From positions 3,712,001 to 3,776,000 of the forward strand of contig OZ220741.1 of the NCBI GenBank assembly GCA_965116885.1: a stretch of DNA of 64,000 nucleotides, written 5' to 3'. Positions 57,128 through 64,000 of the stretch are shown in pieces (the first letter of the stretch is position 1; each line of letters starts with the position of its first letter). The notes beneath the pieces are model-generated. The model was not told the origin of the DNA and did no database searches. It was given only the letters and a program-made list of their open reading frames with translations. The translations under genes were made by a program, and so were the position numbers. The stretch is from Candidatus Latescibacterota bacterium. GTDB taxonomy: Bacteria; Latescibacterota; UBA2968.

Positions 57128-58470
57128 GCGAGCAAATCCAGATTCCAGAGCCAGCAACGACCCGTAAAGTGTGGAAGGAAACAGATGTTGGAAGCGTGTT
57201 TGTTTCCAATTATCCGCCTTACTCTTTCTGGCGCGACGAAAACACAGTAGAGATTGAAGAGATGTTGCACGCATCCGATTCGGGGGATAGAGAAACACCT
57301 CTGGGCCTTTATATGCATATCCCATTTTGCCGAAAGCGGTGCAAGTTCTGTTATTTTCGGGTTTATACAGATCGCAATAGTGCTGAAATTCAAACGTATT
57401 TAGATGCTTTGGCAAAAGAGGTGGAAACGTATAGTACCTTGCCGCGTGTTGCAGGTAGAAAATTGAACTTTGTTTATTTTGGCGGTGGTACGCCGTCTTA
57501 TATTAGTGTCAAACACTTAAAGGCTCTGGTTGACAGGGTCAAGGCTGTGATGCCGTGGGATGATGCGGAAGAGGTGGCATTTGAGTGCGAGCCGGGCACG
57601 CTTTCACAGTCCAAAGTTGAGGCTGTTCGGGAAATTGGCGTCACGCGCTTGAGCCTGGGTTTGGAGAACTTAAACGACGATATTTTACGGGAGAATGGTC
57701 GCGCACATGTCAGCAAAGAAATTTACAGGGCTATGCCCTGGGTCAAGGCGCAGGAATTTGCACAGGTCAATGTGGATTTAATCTCCGGTATGGTTGGGGA
57801 ATCGTGGGAGACATGGCGAGATACAGTGCAGGGCACCATTGATCTCGATGCGGATAGCGTTACTATCTATCAGATGGAATTGCCGTTTAATACGACGTAT
57901 TCAAAAGCCATACGCGATGGAGGAGGTTTGCCGGTCGCAGATTGGGCTACCAAGCGCGCGTGGCACAATTATGCGATTGAAGAGTTTGCCAAAGCGGGTT
58001 ATGAGACATCGAGTGCTTATACGCTGGTAAAAAAAGGTCGTCTGAATAAATTCGTCTATCGAGATGCCCTTTGGCGCAGCGCGGATCTCATCGGTACGGG
58101 TGTGGCTTCTTTTTCACATGTGGGTGGTATGCATTTTCAAAACCAGACGCATTGGGATCCCTATATCGAAACTGTTGGAAAAGGGCAACTGCCGATCAAT
58201 CGATCTTTTGTGCCAACAAAAGAAGAGCGACTGATTAGAGAGATGATTTTACAACTCAAGCTGGGACGAATTGAAACAGCGTATTTCCAGAATAAATTTG
58301 GTGTCAATATTCTGCGCCAATTTGGTGAAGCCTATCAAAAACTCAGGGATTACGAGATGCTGGATTTCGATTCGCAAAGTATCACTCTGAGCCGGGAGGG
58401 GCTTTTGCGCGTTGATCAATTGTTACCCGAATTTTACCACGAGAAATATCGCAATTCGCGTTATACCTGA
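57124..58470 (+). CDS. HemN-like radical SAM enzyme (class C methyltransferase/coproporphyrinogen III oxidase family)
   Basis: LYMHIPFCRKRCKFCYF (CxxxCxxC), YFGGGTPS, FECEP, TRLSLG and VNVDLISG. Start trimmed to ATG 57124. Confidence 0.9.
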   Translation: MSEQIQIPEPATTRKVWKETDVGSVFVSNYPPYSFWRDENTVEIEEMLHASDSGDRETPLGLYMHIPFCRKRCKFCYFRVYTDRNSAEIQTYLDALAKEVETYSTLPRVAGRKLNFVYFGGGTPSYISVKHLKALVDRVKAVMPWDDAEEVAFECEPGTLSQSKVEAVREIGVTRLSLGLENLNDDILRENGRAHVSKEIYRAMPWVKAQEFAQVNVDLISGMVGESWETWRDTVQGTIDLDADSVTIYQMELPFNTTYSKAIRDGGGLPVADWATKRAWHNYAIEEFAKAGYETSSAYTLVKKGRLNKFVYRDALWRSADLIGTGVASFSHVGGMHFQNQTHWDPYIETVGKGQLPINRSFVPTKEERLIREMILQLKLGRIETAYFQNKFGVNILRQFGEAYQKLRDYEMLDFDSQSITLSREGLLRVDQLLPEFYHEKYRNSRYT

Positions 58471-58495
58471 GCGAACACTAAGCTATGGAGGATTT

Positions 58496-59737
58496 ATGAA
58501 ATACAGGTATTATTTTTTGCTCGCTGTTGTGCTGTGCTTTTCTTCCGCACACGCGGATTGGCCCCAGTGGTTGGGTCCCAACCGGACGGGTATTTCTTCT
58601 GAAACGGGATTGTTGACAACCTGGGCAACTGATGGGCCAACGGTTGTGTGGGAAAAAGAACTCGGTGAGGGGTTTTCCGGCATTTCGGTCGTAGATGGGC
58701 GAGTCTATACGATGTTTTCTGCTGGTGAAGACGAATTTGTCATTTGTCTGAAAGAAAAAACTGGTGAGGAAATCTGGCGTTTCAAGACAGGTGCCAAATT
58801 TTATGAGCGGCAGGGTGGGAATGGCCCCCGTTCTCAGCCAACTGTAGATGGCGAGCGGGTTTTTGTGCTCAGTGCCGAAGGCTGGTTGTACGCGCTCAAT
58901 GCAAAAGATGGGAAAAAACAGTGGCTGGTCGATCTTTACGATGGGCTGGGCAGTCGCGTGCCAAAATTCGGGTTTTCGACGTCGCCGCTGGTCGAAGGCG
59001 ATTTGTTGCTTTTAGAGGTGGGCACACGGCAGGGGACGTTTATCGCTTTGGATAAGACCAATGGCGCTGTCAAGTGGGCGTCTCAACGAGACATCGTGTC
59101 TTATTCATCGCCCATTGCTGCAGATATTGCGGGTATTCGCCAGGTGGTTTTTGTTTCGGGCGAAGCCGCAGTTGGGCTTTCTCCTGCGGATGGCTCGCTT
59201 TACTGGCGATTTCCTTGGCACACATCTTATGATCTGAATGTTGCCACGCCAATTTTAGTGCCTCCAGATCGCATATTTATCTCTTCGGGTTATGACCACG
59301 GGGCAGCCCTGTTGCAAATATCCCAGGAGGGAGACGGTTTGAGCGTTAAAAAGGTGTGGGAAAGCCGCGGCATGAAAAACCATTTTGGCACATCGCTCCT
59401 GATCGGCGATTATATCTACGGTTTTGACAATGCGATTTTGAAATGTATTGAAGCAGAGACGGGTAAAGAACAGTGGAGACGCCGGGGATATGGTAAAGGA
59501 ACGCTTATTTATGCCGATGGACAGTTGATCATTTTGAGCGATAAAGGCAAACTCGCATTGGCAGATGCATCGCCCCTGAATTTTAGTGAAAAAGTCAGTG
59601 CACAGGTGCTTTCGGGCAAATGCTGGACACCACCAACACTTGCCAATGGGAAAATTTTTGTGCGCGATATGCACAAGATTGTATGCATGGATGTATCAGG
59701 TCCACAGGCGAAATCTGCGGACACGGAGAGCGAGTAA
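58496..59737 (+). CDS. secreted PQQ-like beta-propeller protein
   Basis: MKYRYY signal peptide ending AHA-DWPQWLGPNRTG, plus blade repeats. GGAGG RBS precedes ATG 58496. Confidence 0.85.
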   Translation: MKYRYYFLLAVVLCFSSAHADWPQWLGPNRTGISSETGLLTTWATDGPTVVWEKELGEGFSGISVVDGRVYTMFSAGEDEFVICLKEKTGEEIWRFKTGAKFYERQGGNGPRSQPTVDGERVFVLSAEGWLYALNAKDGKKQWLVDLYDGLGSRVPKFGFSTSPLVEGDLLLLEVGTRQGTFIALDKTNGAVKWASQRDIVSYSSPIAADIAGIRQVVFVSGEAAVGLSPADGSLYWRFPWHTSYDLNVATPILVPPDRIFISSGYDHGAALLQISQEGDGLSVKKVWESRGMKNHFGTSLLIGDYIYGFDNAILKCIEAETGKEQWRRRGYGKGTLIYADGQLIILSDKGKLALADASPLNFSEKVSAQVLSGKCWTPPTLANGKIFVRDMHKIVCMDVSGPQAKSADTESE

Positions 59738-59782
59738 TAGTCGGAAAAGGCCGGGGGGCAACCGATAACCGGAGAGGTCACG

Positions 59783-61915
59783 ATGCGTTATTTTCAACAG
59801 GTTTTAATTTTTATCTGTATTCTGGGCCTGACGGGTAATCCTATTTTTGCGCAAAATACAGAAGAGGAGGAAAAGAAGGAAGAGGAAGAACTGCCCGTTT
59901 ATGCGGGGGAAGAGATTGTGGTGACGGAGAGCAAGGAAAAAGTGCCTACGGTGAGCACTATCGCGTCGAAGGTTCCCATTCCAATCCGCTTGACTCCGGC
60001 GAGTATCGGTGTGGTCAATCACGGGTTGTTCCAGCACCAGAGTGGCGTGGTTTTGGGGGATGCGCTGCGAAATGTAAGCGGGGTCAATATTCAGACCGTA
60101 TTTGGCGTGACGGATTTTTTCGTCATTCGCGGGTTCGATTCGCTTTCCAGCGGGTTGGTGCTCACCGATGGCGCATCTGAGCCGGAAGCCACATTTTACA
60201 ATCTTTACAATCTGGAGCGCGTGGAGGTACTCAAGGGACCAGGCGCATTTTTATACGGCGGCAATCCGCTTTCTGGATCGGTGAATCTGAGTCGCAAACA
60301 ACCGATTTTTACAAATGCGCTCCAGGTCGGGGGTTCTTACGGTCCTTACAATACGATTCGAGGAACCGCAGATGCTAATTGGGCAGATATCGATCAGGGT
60401 GTTGCCTTGCGCGTCAATGCACTGCGACAGGTTTCTGATAGCTATCGAGACGATAAAGACAGCGGTTTGTGGGCTGTGAATCCCGCGGCGACATGGCGGC
60501 CCAGTGACAGAACCACAGTGACTGCCAATTTTGAATATGTCACCAGCAGATACAAATCGGATGCGGGCCTTCCTATTATCAATGAGGCGGTCGCAGATGT
60601 GCCGCGCACACAATCGTATCAATCGCCTTTTGATGCGTCAGATCAAGATATTTATCGGGCGCGCGTCGATCTTCACTCTCGCTTGTCGAGACAGGTCACG
60701 CTTCGCAATAAGTTTTATTATACCGATTTTTCATGGGTGTCTCAGGGCACGTTGTTCAGCGGCATTTTTCCCAATGCTCAGGGAAGTCTGGACATTCTGC
60801 GTTCACTTGTTCTGTTGGATGACCGCCAGAAAGTGTTGGGCAATCAGTTTGAGTTTTTATCCACATTCCGCACGGGGCATGTAGAGCACACGCTGCTTAC
60901 CGGACTGGAGTTGATGCAGTGGAAAGACAAATTTACCTTAGATGTGGCTGCTTTGCCCAATATCGATGTGTTCAATCCCGTAGAGACCGCGAGCACGAGC
61001 CAACCTCATTTTATTATTCCAGGGCAATCGCAGGGGGCGGATTCAAAAAGTCTCGTTGTCGCGCCCTATGTCGTGAATCGCATTGTCTTTTGTCCATGCT
61101 ATGAGGCATTTGTAGGTGTGCGATATGACCGCATTGATTACAATGATCCCCTGACTTCCACCTCTCGCGATTACAACAAATTGAGTCCTATGGCTGGTAT
61201 GGTGTTTTCGCTTAAGGAGGACCTCTCATTTTACGCCAATGTGGGTAAAGCATTTGCGCCTCCTTCCAGCCTGGTCGCAGGCCCGCGAGAGACCGAAGAG
61301 AGTTTTCAGATGGAAGTGGGCGCGAAAAAATTCCTGGTGGACGACCGTCTGCACGCGAGTCTCGCTGTTTATCATCTGGCAAAAAGTAATATCGGAATTC
61401 CCGATGCGACGGGTGTCACACAGCAAGATGGTGATCAACGGTCTCGCGGTGTTGAGGCCGAGGTGATGATGCGCCCAGTGAGAAATTGGCACACATTTTT
61501 GTCCTACTCATTTTCCAATGCGACACTCACCCGCTTTGCCGAGTTTGTTCCCGTGTTCACGCAGACGGGTATCACATACCAGCTTATGGATCGTTCGGGA
61601 AATAGGGCGGCTTTTTCGCCACGCCATATTTTTAATGTGTGGACGGCGAGAGGATTTGACAACGGGTTGGAATTTGGGATTGGGGCGCGCTATGTCACCA
61701 ACCAGTTTATTGCTGCAGACAATCAATTTCAAATTGGGGATGTATTGACGCTGGATGCATCCGCGTCTTATACGTACAGGCAGATGAAATTTCGCATCAA
61801 TGCGAAAAATTTGACCAATCGGGAATACGAAACGCAGGGTAGCCTCGGCGCCCCCACCTCAGTTATTCCGGCCAATCCATTTGGCCTGTACTGTGCTTTT
61901 GAAGTCAATATTTAA
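59783..61915 (+). CDS. TonB-dependent outer membrane receptor
   Basis: Signal peptide, TonB box-like EEIVVT, plug TPASIGVV..ALRNVSGV..FVIRGF, ERVEVLKGPGAFLYG and KNLTNREY near the C-terminus. Confidence 0.92.
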   Translation: MRYFQQVLIFICILGLTGNPIFAQNTEEEEKKEEEELPVYAGEEIVVTESKEKVPTVSTIASKVPIPIRLTPASIGVVNHGLFQHQSGVVLGDALRNVSGVNIQTVFGVTDFFVIRGFDSLSSGLVLTDGASEPEATFYNLYNLERVEVLKGPGAFLYGGNPLSGSVNLSRKQPIFTNALQVGGSYGPYNTIRGTADANWADIDQGVALRVNALRQVSDSYRDDKDSGLWAVNPAATWRPSDRTTVTANFEYVTSRYKSDAGLPIINEAVADVPRTQSYQSPFDASDQDIYRARVDLHSRLSRQVTLRNKFYYTDFSWVSQGTLFSGIFPNAQGSLDILRSLVLLDDRQKVLGNQFEFLSTFRTGHVEHTLLTGLELMQWKDKFTLDVAALPNIDVFNPVETASTSQPHFIIPGQSQGADSKSLVVAPYVVNRIVFCPCYEAFVGVRYDRIDYNDPLTSTSRDYNKLSPMAGMVFSLKEDLSFYANVGKAFAPPSSLVAGPRETEESFQMEVGAKKFLVDDRLHASLAVYHLAKSNIGIPDATGVTQQDGDQRSRGVEAEVMMRPVRNWHTFLSYSFSNATLTRFAEFVPVFTQTGITYQLMDRSGNRAAFSPRHIFNVWTARGFDNGLEFGIGARYVTNQFIAADNQFQIGDVLTLDASASYTYRQMKFRINAKNLTNREYETQGSLGAPTSVIPANPFGLYCAFEVNI

Positions 61916-61918
61916 ACT

Positions 61919-63190
61919 ATGCCTGACTTTACTACAGATCGAAATGCGCTCTGGCAGCGGCAGTTGAAGCGGTTGCGAGGTATGCTGTCTTCAGTGCTGA
62001 AAGGCAATGATTTTTATCGCAATAAGTTGAATCGGGTGGGGATTTATCGGCCCGAGGATATTCAGACGCGCGATGATTACAGGTTGTTGCCCTTCACGAC
62101 TAAAGCTGAATTATCGGCCGACCAGATGGCGTATCCACCTTATGGCAGCAACGTGACTTTTCCGCCAGATCACTATATCCGCGTCCATCAAACATCGGGG
62201 ACTACGGGAGATCCTTTGAACTGGTTGGATACGGCAGAGAGTTGGGATTGGTTTGCGCGTTGCTGGACTTATGTGTATCGCGGAGCGGGTGTGACGGCAA
62301 ATGACAGACTGTTTTTTGCCTTTTCCTTTGGCCCTTTTATCGGATTCTGGACCGGGCATGAGAGCGCGCGTTTAATGGGTGCGATGTCTATCTCTGGGGG
62401 GTCCATGTCGTCGATTCAGCGTTTGCAAGCGATTCGGGATCATGGGGTTACTGTTCTGATCTGTACGCCGACGTATGCCCTGCATCTGGCAGAGGTGGCA
62501 GAGGCAGAAGGTATAGATATTGCAGGCGGGAGTATTCAGACTGCGATTCACGCGGGCGAACCCGGCGCGGGATTGCCTGCGACCAGACGGCGCATTGAGG
62601 AGGCCTGGGGAGCGCGTTGTTATGACCACGCAGGAGCGACTGAGGTGGGGGCGTGGGGATTTGAATGTGCGTTTCGAGATGGCATGCATATCAACGAGGC
62701 AGAATTTATTTGCGAAGTGATCGATCCCGATACAGGTGAACAAGCGAGAGAGGGGGAGTTGGTGCTTACCAATTTGGGACGCGCTGGTATGCCCGTTATT
62801 CGCTATCGCACGGGAGATCGCGTAAAGCTGCATGCGGGAATATGTGATTGCGGTTCGAGTTTCTCTCGTCTCGAAGGGGGCGTGATTGGACGTATCGACG
62901 ATGCGTTGATTGTCCGCGGCGTCAATTTTTATCCCAGCGCGATTGAAAATATCGTGCGGGAGTTTCCCGAAGTGACAGAGTTTGCAGTGGATATCTACCG
63001 ACAACGCGAAATGGATGATATGCAAATTCGCATCGAATTAAATGGCGGAGAGCCAGGGGCAATTTCCGATGCGATAGGTAGAGAGGTACGACATATTCTG
63101 GGCATACGCGCCGGCGTTCAAACCGTGCCGCACAATACTTTGCCGAGATTTGAACTGAAAGCGAGACGGTTTACGGATCATCGAGTTTAA
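61919..63190 (+). CDS. phenylacetate--CoA ligase (PaaK)-family adenylate-forming enzyme
   Basis: LPFTTKAEL, HQTSGTTG, CTPTYALHL, AGEPG, GATEVG, VIRYRTGD and GRIDD.LIVRGVN.YPS.IE. Confidence 0.9.
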   Translation: MPDFTTDRNALWQRQLKRLRGMLSSVLKGNDFYRNKLNRVGIYRPEDIQTRDDYRLLPFTTKAELSADQMAYPPYGSNVTFPPDHYIRVHQTSGTTGDPLNWLDTAESWDWFARCWTYVYRGAGVTANDRLFFAFSFGPFIGFWTGHESARLMGAMSISGGSMSSIQRLQAIRDHGVTVLICTPTYALHLAEVAEAEGIDIAGGSIQTAIHAGEPGAGLPATRRRIEEAWGARCYDHAGATEVGAWGFECAFRDGMHINEAEFICEVIDPDTGEQAREGELVLTNLGRAGMPVIRYRTGDRVKLHAGICDCGSSFSRLEGGVIGRIDDALIVRGVNFYPSAIENIVREFPEVTEFAVDIYRQREMDDMQIRIELNGGEPGAISDAIGREVRHILGIRAGVQTVPHNTLPRFELKARRFTDHRV

Positions 63191-63209
63191 TTTAATAGAA
63201 AGCGTTTCT

Positions 63210-64000
63210 ATGATTTCAAATCACTACGATGTCATTGTCATTGGTGGAGGACCTGCGGGAAGCACGACAGCCGCGCTGGTCGCTGAATACGGTCACCGCG
63301 TGCTGCTGCTGGAGCGGGAGGAATTTCCCAGATTTCAGATCGGTGAGTCCCTGATGCCGGGTACGTACTGGTCATTCAAACGACTTGGGTTGCTGGATAA
63401 GCTAAAAAAAAGTGAGTTTGTCAAAAAGTACAGCGTTCAGTTTTTCAGCGGATCGGGAAAAGGCTCTGCGCCATTTTATTTTCATTTACACGATCCCCAC
63501 GAAAGTTCTATCACATATCAGGTGTTGCGCAGTGAATTTGATCTTATGATGATGGATAATGCCCGTGAGAAAGGTGCTAAAGTCGAGCAGGGGGCGAGTG
63601 TGCATCAGGTGCATTTTTCCGGGGATAGAGCAACGGGTGTGCAGGTAAGATACCGCGATGGACAGATCAGTGATATATCTGCCAGTGTTATCGTAGATGC
63701 GACGGGGCGAAGCGCGCTTATTTCGAGAAGGCTAAAGACCAAGACGATCGAGCCAGAGCTAAAAAAGGCGTCTATTTTCACGCACTACAAAGGCGCGTTC
63801 CGCGATGAGGGTATTGATGAGGGTGCAACGCTGATTTTACATACGCAAGATAAGGACTCCTGGTTCTGGTACATCCCGCTGGCAGACGATGTGGTCAGCG
63901 TGGGTGTTGTTGGGGGATTGGATTATCTGCTACAAAACCGCAAGAGAACCCCCCAGGAAATTTTTGAAGAGGAGTTGACAAAGTGTATCCGCATGGAAGA
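63210..64000 (+). CDS. flavin-dependent halogenase-like / NAD(P)/FAD oxidoreductase (3' end runs off the window)
   Basis: Not in the ORF track. Manual translation gives YDVIVIGGGPAGS, FPRFQIGESL, FVKKYSV, RSEFD, VDATG and an in-frame WFWYIP (WxWxIP) at 63861. Confidence 0.85.
   Translation, partial: MISNHYDVIVIGGGPAGSTTAALVAEYGHRVLLLEREEFPRFQIGESLMPGTYWSFKRLGLLDKLKKSEFVKKYSVQFFSGSGKGSAPFYFHLHDPHESSITYQVLRSEFDLMMMDNAREKGAKVEQGASVHQVHFSGDRATGVQVRYRDGQISDISASVIVDATGRSALISRRLKTKTIEPELKKASIFTHYKGAFRDEGIDEGATLILHTQDKDSWFWYIPLADDVVSVGVVGGLDYLLQNRKRTPQEIFEEELTKCIRME

Noticed and set aside
47270..59737. PQQ biosynthesis, quinoprotein dehydrogenases or true bamB
   Set aside because: There are no pqqA-E genes, the radical SAM enzyme is HemN-like rather than PqqE/SPASM, and there is no lipobox or bam/der context.
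61919..63190. Phenylacetate catabolism (paaK)
   Set aside because: No other paa genes are nearby and only family-level similarity is supported, so no symbol was assigned.

Overview
This 64-kb window is gene-dense bacterial chromosomal DNA of moderate GC. I saw no rRNA, tRNA or CRISPR array and no intact IS transposase. The gene content includes several WxxxRGP/WPQW-type PQQ-like beta-propellers, PhyH-family dioxygenases, Gfo/Idh/MocA oxidoreductases, DUF6785-type membrane proteins, small TA modules and an Rpn/YhgA-like protein. That mix resembles Latescibacterota/Poribacteria/Planctomycetota-like heterotrophs, which is an inference, not a search result. Positions 1-47 kb hold housekeeping genes (uppP, ogt, dxs, slt, lpxH-like, glpK, purC), carbohydrate/redox catabolic genes and a small TA/HEPN patch (5.6-7.9 kb). 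The strongest candidate for an undescribed system is a co-oriented cluster from 47270 past the window end. It encodes four secreted PQQ-like beta-propellers, an EhpF-like adenylating enzyme, an EhpG/LuxC-like acyl reductase, an Fe-ADH, a HemN-like radical SAM enzyme, a TonB-dependent receptor, a PaaK-like CoA ligase and a flavin-dependent halogenase-like enzyme, with no phenazine, PKS or NRPS core genes in view. A second highlight is a UvrD helicase whose central insertion looks like a degenerate RecJ/DHH domain with a degenerate DEDDh exonuclease nested inside it. All family calls come from visual motif recognition and none were verified by database search.
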